From: Zancudomyces culisetae HAW-14-8
Taxonomy: Eukaryota; Fungi; Kickxellomycota
Assembly: GCA_052426225.1 (NCBI GenBank)
Contig: JBNJNM010000008.1
Location: forward strand, 1,674,001 to 1,738,000
DNA: 64,000 nt
Direction: 5' to 3'
The translations under genes and the position numbers were made by a program. This document shows positions 1 to 11,726 of this stretch, piece by piece. How positions within the stretch are numbered: the stretch's first letter is position 1; the number at the start of each line of letters is the position of its first letter. The notes beneath the pieces were generated by a model. That model did not search any database, was not told the DNA's origin, and saw nothing but the letters and a program-made list of their open reading frames with translations.

Positions 1-322
1 AAGCACAACAAGAGACCAGAGAATCTGGATGAAGGTAAACCAGAAACAGCTTAAGACACAAGTTATCTATGAAGCCACTCACTTTTTTATTTTACAGGCA
101 TACTTTCGAACCTTTTTTTAGTTTGATGTTAATAATATTCAATTCAGCAAATAAACATGTAATGAAATGAGGAAGCTGCTTGAGGGGAAGGGGAGGGAGG
201 GTTAGTATATTGGGATACTTGGATGTTACGGGGAAGTATATAGGAAAAAGTTTAAATACTAATTAATACAAGTTTTTTGAATAAGCGAGTGTGGTGGAGA
301 AGGGAGGTTAACGCCTTGTGTC

Positions 323-3009
323 TCAGTGGTAAACTTTGAGCTTACTACAACTATCCAAGTCTGATAGTTTTCCAGGCGACTCCCACCCAACACTCTGTAG
401 CTGTTTTTCGAATATAGGCCAGGAATTATGTACGAATTCGTTTACAGCCTCCAGTTCGATTCCATAGAGCAAAGAAAGGCATAAACAGTGCGAATGAAGG
501 AATCCCTTGAGTTGATCAATGTGCGTAGACGTCGTGGAATACCAGAGATTCACGGCTGCAAAATGTGAGCTGTTTCCTTTGGGTGACTCAGTTTGAAAGG
601 ATGAGGTAGGGGCGCGTGTGTTAAAGCTGAAAAAGTAACTGTAATCGTTTGAAAAATATATATAATCCTCTTGAGGCACGGGGTCGGTATCCTTTGGACG
701 CTTTTTACTCGCTGTCCCTTTGACTTTTTCATTCGCAACATGCGGATACCTAACCTGAGGGTTAGGTTGCAGAGTTTTTAGGTAGCTTGAAACACTTGGA
801 AAAAAAGTCAGATCTACCTTTTGAATATGCCCAGGGTTGTTGTTTTCTGCATTTCTGTTATGTGTATTGCTTACCGAGTATGAGATTGTGCGTTTATTGC
901 GAAAAACAATGCTGGTGTTAAAATCAGTACCATTTGAGTCAGTTGCATCAAATATTTTGCTTCTTACGCCATTCAAAGTCACTATTGGTTCTAATTTTGC
1001 AACGAATTCGGGCGAATGGATGTGGTCTGTAGCCAACCCAAGTTTATACCCCCGACCGTTTGGCCCGTCACACTGTCTCACGGTTATGCAATTTTGCAGT
1101 ATAATTTTTGAACGGCTAATATTTAATGACCTAAGTGAGATTGCTGAAACAGCTTTATAGTTTGCGTAGATTGCCATCAAGCTAATTGGGATAAAAAAAA
1201 CCAATAGCTGATAGTTTTTCCTTTGATTTTCTCCAAGTGACTCTGAACCAGTATCAAAAGATCCTGGAATTATCTCGCTAGAAGAATTGATAGAATTTGT
1301 CGCGGAATCAGCAGTGCTATCTGTACTTTTGTCGCTCTGGTTGAAGAACAACAGGTAGCTAAGCCCAATCCCGATGGCCGTTCCTATCAGTCCGGCGGCT
1401 GTAGCCTGCGACCCGCTTTTGGCTGTCACATCACCCATGTTATCAGCATTACATAGTGCCTTGTTTATAGTTGCTCGTGTGGCGGATATGGCTAGCCAAC
1501 TCATATTTTTACCGATATTGGCAATTGAACCTAACAAGATAAACAGGGTGGGAAAACATGGGGTCATCATCTCTAACAGTATTGATAGCTGTAACGTTAG
1601 TGACCCCCAAAACCTCACTAGTTTTGTCTCGCTGTCTAGTTTGTTTCCCATGATGTAGGCAAAAAAAACTCCGCCAAATTGACCTATTCCGTCCTTAATG
1701 ACCCAGTTTAACGAAGCTGACAACTATTTCCACATTTATCGCCATTTAGAACAAAAGACTTGATATTTTGGTAAGTAGATATCAAGGTATTTACAGAAAG
1801 AGCAAAATCTAACGAGATAACAGTCTTGGTTCCTTACTGGAATAGAACTCGATCCTAGTCCAACCGCTAACAGTAGTGATTGCATTGAAAACACTAAAGA
1901 TGACACATATTATATATATGTTATATATGTTTATATAGGATATAGTTGAGCAAAAATACAAGTCGGTATGTAAGAATAAGAGAAAAGAATAATATGTTAC
2001 CTCCAGCCGCACTTCCTAAAACATTATGAACAAAAGTCCATGTGGTAAATTTAGTATAACTGCTAGCATCTACTGATGCTGGATAATTCACGGGGAAAAA
2101 GCCAGCAATTACAAAACTTTTCAATTTTGCTGACAGGATATTGTACATAGTTTTCAGCGAAAATTGTTTTTCGATTTTAGAACCCCCAGTGTAAGTGAGT
2201 CCGTTTAACTGTGTATCAAGTAGATGATGTTCATTACTGTGTGGGTCTTTTTGAGATGAGGAAGGCTGTGGTGCAGTATTTACCGCTACCAACCTGGCTC
2301 TGATAATTGGTGAAGTATGTCGAGGGTTAGAAGAAAATGTGTCATCGCCTTTGGCGGTAGCCCCGTCAATGTCTGCTTCTTGATGCTCTAGCTCTAGAAA
2401 TTTATATCCGGTGCTATAATCATTGGTTTTCCCCCTTCTAATGTGAGAAGTCTGTTGTGAATCCACTGGCTTAATGCTATCAAAAAGGGTGGTGCGTTTG
2501 AATATGGAAGGAAAGGCGGAGGTTTCTTGATATACCAATGTTATTTTTTTTGATCCTGTAGGAGAACCGGTTGTCTGAACCCGATTAGTTGCTTTTACCG
2601 AAGTTAAGGGCGAGGGCGAGGAGGAGGTCGAGGTAGAATGTAGATTTGGATCTAGTGTTGTGTTTGGAGCACCATTACCGTTTTCACTAGTTTGAGCTGC
2701 AATTTGGGTACTTGAAGATCGTTTGTAAGTAAAGATAGGAGTACTTATCGTGAATTTGGGTTTTAAGTTCGAAAAGGTCCTTTGGCAAAAATACCTGCCA
2801 GGAATTTGGATCCGAAAAGAGCCTCGGTTTGGATATCTATAGCTATGAGGTACATTTGTGTGGTAGAGACAATGATGTAATCCAGAATGAATTTTCGAAC
2901 AGGTGGTTGTGCGGGATCCTTCAAGTTGAAATAATGACAATACACATTTAGTTTTCTGATCGAAAATACCCTTGTGTGGTAGCAACGTTTTGCTATATTT
3001 GTATTTCAT
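323..3009 (-). CDS. RUS1/DUF647 (root UVB sensitive, RUSF1-like) family protein; 3 exons 3009-2001, 1893-1838, 1723-323
   Basis: Splicing at GT..AG sites restores the family sequence FFPVNYPASV...[46 protein letters not shown]...NMGDVTAKSGSQATAAGLIG. Exon phases are consistent. Confidence 0.85.
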
Positions 3010-3724
3010 TGCGACTCGTTCGTTGAGGAAAAAAAATACAAACAAAGTGTTTAAGGTTAATAAATTACGAGTTTAATGTAAAGCCAGAAAGAACAGAGTT
3101 AAACATACAATGAAGCCCGCTTTTAGTCTTTTTTTTTGAAAGAGAGGCTTGTTCAGCTTTGATTTCCAGGTCCTTTTAATCTGTTTAAGGTTTTAGGTGC
3201 AGAAATGGCGAATATCAAGACGATATCCAAAAAAATAGCACCTGTGATGGAATTTGGAAGTTAGAAATCACTGAACACACCAATTAGGTGAAGCGATAAA
3301 AAACAGGCCAATGCGAGAAAAGCGATCATTGGGAGGAAGGCAGTCAAGCCATAGGGATGGAAGGATAGGCGAAAATATTTGGTTAATATCGGAGAGTTGG
3401 AATAGTGAGAAGAGAATTCAAGGTGGTTGCGAAATTAGTTGCTGGAAAAAAAATATTTTTTGTAGGGCGAAATTTTATTTCTCATGATGAGAGCAAAATC
3501 CGAATCAAACCCACGGAACACAAAAAAGTGCATGGAGCAAACAGTGAGAATAATATAGGATAGCAATTATTCTTATTAGCATTATTGAGAAAATAAATAT
3601 ACACATAAAATAAATAAAGTGATAGTTTTAATATAAAGGAAGCCTAATATTTGTAGAGCACAAGAAAAATAAGGATAGAAACTGAATAATTTAAAAATAA
3701 ACGAGAATTAGAAAAATTAGAAAA

Positions 3725-5128
3725 ATGGTAGAAGGGATGGGACCACCGACGGCATATAAACGACAAAGGGAGAGTAATGGCAGAAGGGGTATTAAAGCAA
3801 AAGAGGGAATGAAAAAAGGACGGGGATACGATGGGGAATCGGAGGAATCGGAGGGGGAGGAACAAGAGGATTTGGAGTATGATATTAGGAGCAAAAGATA
3901 CAAGCTACGAGATAATGAGTATGATGTGAATAGTAGCACAGATGAGGAGGAGGAAAAGAGAAATTACCGCAGTGATAGTTCAGATTCGGAAGAGGAAGAT
4001 AGAAAGAGTAGACGATACAGAGCCCAAAGCGACGAGGAGGGAGGTGATGGGAGAGAGGACGAGGAAGAAGAAGAGGACGAAGAGGAGGATATGTTTTCAG
4101 AGAAACCTACAAGTAGCAAGGGTAGCAGCAGCAAGGTAAAAGTAGTGAAAAGAGAGAAAGGGAGGTTAGATATAAGTGAAATTGAGGGACAGGAGGAAAT
4201 GGAGCAAGATAGTGATGATGATGACGAGGAGGAAGAGGAAGAGGAAGAAGAAGAAGAAGAAGAAGGGGAGGGACGAGAAGAAGGAGAGAAGGGGAAAGAG
4301 AAAAAGAAAAAGAAAAGAATAAAAATGGAGCCATTTAATATGAAGGAGGAGTATAAAGAGGGAAAGTTTGACGAAGAGGGTAACTATACATGGAATGAGC
4401 GAGAGGAAAAAGGAGAGGCAAAGGACGAGCAGCTGTATGATGAATGGCTAAAAGGAATAAGTAAGAAGGAAATAAAAAGGGCCAAGGAGGAGCAAGACAA
4501 AGTACTTGAGCAATCTAGGATGAAGAACATGAAGATAGCCCAGGAAAATGCACAGCTGCTTGGGGATAACAAAAGGTTGTTTACAAAAGAACAGCTTTTG
4601 GGCGCGTTGATTGCACGGGATGAGGTTACTGGGGAGAGGATGATTATGGGAAATGAGAGTATTTCCAGTAAACTATGCATTCTTGGGAGAAAAAACAAAA
4701 GTAAAAACAACAAAAATAAGAATAAGGGGGGGAATAAGGAGGAGGATAATGAAGATCAACAAAACAAGAAAAAGATAGAAAAATTAACAGAGATAGCAAA
4801 TAGATTAGTCAGGATTGGGTATTTAGAGTGCTATGAATGGAGCTATCAAGATATTTTGGAGCAGCTAGGAAGGACAGAAGCAGGGGCAGCAATAGTGGCA
4901 AAGGAGATAGGGCATCAAGAGCAGGAAGTAGGGGAGGGTATAGACAAATGGGAGTACAAATGGAATACGCAGGAGGGAAACGAGGAGTGGTGGGGGCCAT
5001 TTAGTGGGCAGCAGATGCAGGAATGGAGAGACGGGGGATATTTTACCGACCCAAACATTGTATTCAGAAAACAGGGAGCGCAAGGCGAAGAGGAAATAAA
5101 GGCAATAGAAGAGGTAAGATTTATTTAG
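3725..5128 (+). CDS. LIN1: LIN1/CD2BP2 (U5-52K) GYF-domain U5 snRNP protein
   Basis: Acidic N-terminus, MEPFNMKEEYKEGKFDEEGNY motif, IEKLTEIANRL helix, and C-terminal GYF domain (WEYKW...WGPFSGQQMQEWRDGGYF). Confidence 0.88.
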   Translation: MVEGMGPPTAYKRQRESNGRRGIKAKEGMKKGRGYDGESEESEGEEQEDLEYDIRSKRYKLRDNEYDVNSSTDEEEEKRNYRSDSSDSEEEDRKSRRYRAQSDEEGGDGREDEEEEEDEEEDMFSEKPTSSKGSSSKVKVVKREKGRLDISEIEGQEEMEQDSDDDDEEEEEEEEEEEEEGEGREEGEKGKEKKKKKRIKMEPFNMKEEYKEGKFDEEGNYTWNEREEKGEAKDEQLYDEWLKGISKKEIKRAKEEQDKVLEQSRMKNMKIAQENAQLLGDNKRLFTKEQLLGALIARDEVTGERMIMGNESISSKLCILGRKNKSKNNKNKNKGGNKEEDNEDQQNKKKIEKLTEIANRLVRIGYLECYEWSYQDILEQLGRTEAGAAIVAKEIGHQEQEVGEGIDKWEYKWNTQEGNEEWWGPFSGQQMQEWRDGGYFTDPNIVFRKQGAQGEEEIKAIEEVRFI

Positions 5129-6995
5129 ATGGAGTAGAAGCGCAGAGCTCTGTCCAAGCCGCAGGTCACAAACGCATTGGAGTTGTCGTCCAGCCAAGAC
5201 AACCCAGTTGTTTCCATGGTATTTTCAGACAGCACGGTCAGCTCTGACCATGCCTTGGTTTTGTAGATACGGGAATCCTCGCCACACACAGCCAGATATG
5301 AACCAGATCTATCAAATTGCAGGTCTTGTACCACGCTTTCGGCAGCCCAGGGGGTCGCAGAAGCAGAAGATGGCACCCACAACTGCAGGGTGTGGACTGC
5401 AGCCTTTTTACGCAAATCCAGAATCTGAACCAGACCGTTGTTGGATGCAGCTAGGTAGTAGCCATTCTCGCTGAACGAAAGTGCCTGAACATGTCCAAAT
5501 GTTGCACTGTTGATGCTACTGTTGCTGTTTGAAAGCGAGTTGTCCATCACATTAAAACTCATCAAGTGCTGTCTCGCCTTGACATCCCATATCCGCAACT
5601 CGCCGTCCTTGGCGCCTCCTGTACACAAAATAAGACCGTCTGGATGAAGCTTGGCGGATACAATCGGACTGTGGTCTTCTGTTGATGCTGTAAACACAGT
5701 TGTACACGTTTCTATGTCGTTCAGCGCCCAGAGACCTTCGGTACTGGCACTCATGAAGTGGCTCTGTGTAGGATGTACATCTAGTCCTGAAATCGCCGTT
5801 GAGTGCGTCGAGTCGATTGAACCTGCGTGTCTCCACTGCTCTTTCTCGTTATCATAGCTCCACATCCGTACTGTTTTGTCGTCCGACCCACTAAAACATG
5901 CTGTTTCCGACCATTTCACGTGTGTGACCTTTTTGCTGTGGCCTTTCAAAACCGCCACGTTGGTTGCTGTCGATCGCTGAAATATCTCTACAATCGAGTC
6001 GACTCCTCCTGTCAATATGTACTCTCCTGTCTTATCTGCTGAAACCGAAAGAATCCCCGGTTTCGATGACATATGTTTGCCCTCTACCACCTGGCTCTGC
6101 TTGATCTTGCTCATGTCCTCGGCCGTGCAAACACCCGCATTGGCTGCCTTGCGCTTCTTTCGCGCACTTGTCAGTACTTTAGCCTTTGCTGAAATTGCCT
6201 CAAGTGCCCTTTCTTCCATTTCCTTATTAACCTTGTTTTCTGTTTCTGTTTTGGTTTCTGTAGGAACTGATTTAGTAGGTATTTTGCCATTTTGACTTGC
6301 TGCCACGGAGTTGGCATGGGCTTGGATGTTTTCCAGAGCATTTCTTGCCTCGTCTCGCTCCCTAATCAATCTTGCTATAACTCTACAAGCCGCATCGTTT
6401 TGGTATAATGCTTGCGTCAGCTCTTGTCTGACTTGTTGGTATAGCCGCTTCAGGGTGAATGTTTCCAAAACGACTGCATCCCATTCATTCTGGAATACTG
6501 ATAATAGGGATGGTATTGATGTCAATGTTGGTGGTCTTGGTGGGACGATTGGCACTTCTATTTGTATATATTTAACCACGTTTTTAGCACAATTTTTTTT
6601 ATCGCTCGTTTTTTAAGCCATTCTACAATTCTACTCTCTTAATATTCCTCTTGGCAATCCTTGTGTGTATTCCAATATTTTATTAAAAACAATTTTCACT
6701 TCATCTTACCTGTATTCACAGCCAACAAATCATCTGGCTGAAATTCTGCGTCGACATCTGGCTCTTTACCATTAATCTCGACATATTTCATAATAAACTC
6801 CCTGTCATATATTTTGCCACTCTTTTTCGATACAACTGGTACCTTTGGCACCTGCCCACTAACTATAAAAAAAAATTTTTTTTTTGTTATTAATTAAAGT
6901 TGGGTTTAGATGAGATTTATATTTATCGCTTGAAGAAAATGTAGTAGCTGCATTATAACTGTAATAAAACATTGGTACTTACTCGAACACAACAT
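5125..6995 (-). CDS. PRP19: Pre-mRNA splicing factor Prp19 (U-box, coiled coil, WD40); exons 6995-6983, 6862-6710, 6557-5125
   Basis: Spliced N-terminus MLCSISGQVPKVPVVSKKSGKIYDRE (U-box), PPRPPTLTSIPSLLSVFQNEWDAVVLETF...ALYQNDAACRVIARL, then WD40 repeats. Confidence 0.95.
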
Positions 6996-7940
6996 ATTTG
7001 CTAAAGATCTGGGTGTTTCAAAATTAGGATTCTTTTATTGTATTCTTCGAGCAACTTGCAAGTCTTTTATTTTCTACTAGTTTGTAAATATGATGAAATT
7101 ACAAGACGATTTTAATTTTTAATTTCAATTTTTTGAAAACTAAAAAAAATCTATAATTCTAATGTTTGCTTATGTTATTAATACCACAAATTGAGATGTA
7201 ACAATTTTTTTTTCTATACTTTGTGTATACAATTTAATAAACAAATGAAAAAAATAAAAATAAATGAATACCCAGGCTTCGTGATGGTGGGTATTATGGG
7301 ATAAAGAATACATGATACTCACAAATAAAAGTATAAAACTAAACATTTTGAACTGTCACAGATGCACTTATAGTAAATATAGGCTACTAGTTATTTTGCG
7401 GACTAAATGTAACTGTTATGCACCAATTTTTGCAAGACACGAAAATATTTTTTTCAGAGTAGCGTTTTGCTTGTGGAGCTCTATATCTTTGTAATACTGA
7501 ATGTAGCATATTTTGCGATGACAAGTTTGTAGAAGCAGTCGTGCTAAACTTTAATAGTTTATTTAGATCTCCAACATTTGTTCTTACAAAATATCCATAC
7601 CAGGCATCTTCCTATTCACAGTTATTCAAAGTAAATGCAATATCATTTTTAGCCAGTGCTATCCAAGCAGAGTGTATAGTAGTTTCAAGTTTCAAGTTTC
7701 AAGATCATCAAAAAAAAAAAAGGTGCTATAATATTCTCAGAAAAATAAAAAGAATTGCAGAACCAATAGAATTGCAATTGTACTTTTGGATTCAAGAAAA
7801 CTTTTCAAAAAAAAAAAAATTTTTTTTGCGAAAAGAGAACAAAAAAATTCCAACTTACAAAACTAGTGAAAAAAAGAGAGAAACGGCTCTTTAATATATT
7901 ATTTTATAGTATAATCGAAAAAGCAAATCAAAAATAAAAG

Positions 7941-9440
7941 ATGGTAAGTACCAAGGATATATATACATTTGTTGTTATACCATATTTTTAAATCGGTCCG
8001 TCATGCGTGTGTTACAACTCAATACTGCACCATTATCGTTATTTCTATGAAAGCCGATATTTGAATAATTGAAATGTCAAGGATTTGAAAGCAATAAAAT
8101 TGGATTCAACTCGGCTATATCTGTTTAAATTAAACATGATTTTAAAAAATGCGATGCGATGGAATTTATGATTAAACGATGTGTCGAGTATACTTGTGAT
8201 GTATATTCACGAAAAAGGAGACGACTTTAACTCGTCATTCGATCCAATGTACCAATAAAAAGTGTTTTCAGTATCTAACATTTGTATTTTATAATTTAAA
8301 CAGGCAGCAAGACCAGTAGTATCAATCTTCAGCTCCAAGGGAGACAAAGTCGACTCATCAGCAGTCCCACTCCCATCGGTATTCACCACACCAATCCGTC
8401 CAGACTTGATCCAGTTTGTTCACAAGAACATGGCTAAGAACCACCGTCAACCATACGCCGTTGCAAGAAACGCCGGTGAACAAACCTCAGCCGAGTCATG
8501 GGGTACTGGTCGTGCCGTTGCACGTATCCCACGTGTAGGTGGAGGTGGTACTCACCGTGCCGGACAGGCTGCTTTCGGAAACATGTGTCGTGGTGGTCGT
8601 ATGTTCTCACCAAACAAGGTGTGGCGCAGATGGCACGTAAAGACCAACACTAATCAAAAGAGATACGCCGTTGCTTCAGCTGTAGCTGCATCAGGTGTCA
8701 CCTCCTTGGTTATGTCACGTGGTCACAGAATCGAGAAGATCAACGAAGTTCCTCTCGTTATCTCCAATGACGCCGAGTCATTGACCAAGACACGCGATGC
8801 CGTAGCTCTCCTCAAGGCCCTCAATGCCTACGCTGACGTCGAAAAGGTTCTTGCTTCCCGCAAGGTCAGAGCTGGAAGAGGAAAGATGAGAAACAGAACT
8901 CACCGTCAACGTCTCGGTCCTCTTGTTGTATACGCCACCGACAACGGAATTACTCGTGCTTTCCGCAACATCCCAGGTGTTGAGCTCACTCAAGTCTCTC
9001 GCTTGAACCTCTTGGATCTTGCTCCAGGTGGTCACTTGGGTAGATTTATCATCTGGACTCAAGCTGCCTTTGAGGCTCTTGAGAAGGTCTTTGGATCAAC
9101 CACTGTTGCCAGCGAACAAAAATCCAACTACACTCTGCCACAATCCATCCTCTTCAACGCTGACATTACCCGTATTATCAACTCTGCTGAAATCCAATCC
9201 GCTCTCCGCGCCAAGGGTCCAGCCAAGGTTAAGCGCCCATACACTCAAAAGAAGAACCCACTCCGCAACAGAGCCGTCCGTGTCCGCCTCAACCCATATG
9301 CTCAAACCGTTGCCCGTAACGAGATCCTCGGTGTCAACAAGAAGTACACCAACAAGAACCAAAAGACCAAGAAGCTCATCCACAGAGCCAAGCCAGAATC
9401 CGCCTCAAAGAAGTTCGTCACTCTCCTCAAGTCTGATTAA
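7941..9440 (+). CDS. RPL4: 60S ribosomal protein L4 (uL4); ATG exon 7941-7943, intron 7944-8303, exon 8304-9440
   Basis: ATG|GTAAGT ... CAG|GCAGCAAGACCA gives [10 protein letters not shown]. Also [17 protein letters not shown] and [10 protein letters not shown]. Strong codon bias. Confidence 0.97.
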
Positions 9441-9657
9441 GTATGTTTTTTCTAGGCTTGTTTCACTGTCTTGTTTAACTAGAATTTTAATTGCTCCATG
9501 ATCCATCTTAAAGGTTAAATAAACAGTTGTTAACTATATATCTTTTTTCTCTGCTGTTTTGCAAGCAAGTGGATTGTATATTTTATTGAGTTGCTAAACA
9601 TATGAAATGACTTGATTGTATTCAGTTCTAAAAAATAGTGGTTTATACAGTTGGTTC

Positions 9658-10041
9658 AAAGACAAGTCGAATATTACAAAGTGGATAAAGGAAGTTGGAG
9701 CAGGCCGACAAAGGAATTGGGTCGACTTACAAGCGGCCTTTCCACAGTACATGAAACACATTCTTTTCGTAGGTCGAATTCGAATAGGCCAATTTTGGAC
9801 CGCCACGAGATTAGCAAATTCGGGTTTTATAGATCCAGATTACAAAGCCAAATGTCCGTTCTGTAAGAAAGAAGAAAAAGAAACAGTTGAGCATTATTTA
9901 TTAGATTGCAGCAGATGGGACGAAATTAGGAAGGATTTACTTACTGAATTTATAGATTTTTATAGTTCTTTTTTATCTAGCACGATTTCCGAGTGTGTTG
10001 AGCTTCGCAGGAAAATCGTGGGTAAACTCCTGGGGGAGGAG
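9658..10041 (+). mobile_element. Internal ORF2 fragment of LINE family A (no 3' end)
   Basis: Near-identical to 10749-11131 and to the full-length element (KDKSNITKW...GKLLGEE). It ends abruptly where the next copy begins. Confidence 0.9.
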
Positions 10042-11410
10042 TGCAGCAATGGTGTCAGAGGTGGGACATGAAGGTGAATGCTAGCAAGAGTGCGATTATG
10101 ACAGTTGAAGCAGTGAATAGAACAAGTGACGAAAACAACAATAATATTGAAATTACGATTCCAGAATACTTTTTGGGAAGTGCAAAAGTACCAGAAGTAG
10201 ATGAATATAAATACTTGGGTGTTATATTCAATAAATATTGGAATAACAAGCTACACATACAGGAGAGGAAAGAAAAAGTACAAAGAGCAACCATGAGCAA
10301 CTACTATCTACTCAAAGACAGAAATACACCGCTGTTGATGAAAAAGATGGTAATTAGGTCGATAGTCATTGCGGTCGCTGGGTATGGAGGTGAAATGTTC
10401 GGCATGTCTGAAGCAAGGGTAAAACCGATACAGCAAGCTGTGGACAACACATTAAGAATAGCCATGGGAGTGGGCAGATCGACATGCATGAGGAGATTGC
10501 GAGAAGAATTAAATATAACAGATATTTACAGTAGAACGACCAGAGCTAGAGACAGAGCATTCCATAAATGGAGTGGCATGAAAACATGGATAGCAGATTT
10601 AATACAGAACCCCTTCAAACACTCGAAGGACACTTGGGTCACAGGGTACACAAGGTGGTCTAACAGATTCAACAGGATCAAGATTGATAATGTACCAACC
10701 GGAGAGGTAAGAAAAACTAAGGAGACACTCGAGATAAACAACAGGTTGAAAGACAAGTCGAATATTACAAAGTGGATAAAGGAAGTTGGAGCAGGCCGAC
10801 AAAGGAATTGGGTCGACTTACAAGCAGCTTTCCCGCAGTACATGAAACACATTCTTTTCGTAGGTCGAATTCGAATAGGTCAATTTTGGACCGCCACGAG
10901 ATTAGCAAATTCGGGTTTCATAGATCCAGATTACAAAGCCAAATGTCCGTTCTGTAAGAAAGAAGAAAAAGAAACAGTTGAGCATTACTTATTAGATTGC
11001 AGCAGATGGGACGAGATTAGGAAGGATTTACTTACTGAATTTATAGATTATTATAGTTCTTTTTTATCTAGCACGATTTCCGAGTGTGTTGAGCTTCGCA
11101 GGAAAATCGTGGGTAAACTCCTGGGGGAGGAGTTAAAGCTCAAACTACCTGGGATTCTTCGGGATCCAAACGCCACTTGCGTTAGAGCAGTGGTTTCCAC
11201 AGCCCGGTTTCTTAACGAGACCTTTTTACCTCGCTACCTAGTGTTGAAAGATATTAGTGTAGTCCCACTCCCCTTGAACCAATGCCCATCGGGTACGGAG
11301 ACTCTAGAGAGTCGAAGGGGAATAGGATGAGTTTAGAATATAGATTGTTTTTATTTTTAGGAACTTTTTATTTTCTAAATAAATTTTTTTTCTACCGAAA
11401 AAAAAAAAAA
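10042..11410 (+). mobile_element. 5'-truncated LINE family A copy (RT C-terminus, Zn finger, 3'UTR, poly(A))
   Basis: Matches the ORF2 C-terminus of the full-length element from MQQWCQ onward, then a 3'UTR with AATAAA and an A-tail. Confidence 0.95.
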
Positions 11411-11726
11411 ATAAAAATAAAATTTGTAGGACGACTCCTTGGAGGGGAGTCAAAAAGAATGGTTACTCTCTCCGTTAAGAAGAGAGAAACCGAAGCACCG
11501 TCTTTGGATGAGCTGGTAACGACACAATTTTTGGACGGAATATGTCGAACCAGCATGCAAATCTTAGACCGACTTATATCAGAAAAAACCTCCTTGAACC
11601 AACGCCCGGTGGGTATGGAGTCTCTAGAGCGACGGAGGGGAATTGGTTAGCTAGATATTTTATAGGATTATTTCTTGTAGTTTTATGGGATATTTATTTA
11701 ATAAATTCATCTATCATAAAAAAAAA
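11411..11726 (+). mobile_element. 3' end of related LINE family B with poly(A)
   Basis: Encodes KFVGRLLGGE...LNQRPVGMESLERRRGIG*, homologous to the family A terminus KIVGKLLGEE...LNQCPSGTETLESRRGIG*. It has a different 3'UTR and an A-tail. Confidence 0.9.

Noticed and set aside
9651-9655. ttggt at 9651 and 11727 as an outer TSD of the RPL4 stack
   Set aside because: Only 5 bp and not flush with the element start, so it cannot be told from chance.
9616-10071. ORFs 9616-10071, 11282-11650, 32613-33158, 33110-33661 and 25531-25743 as host genes
   Set aside because: They are chance read-throughs across LINE poly(A) junctions (poly-Lys) or truncated ORF2 pieces.
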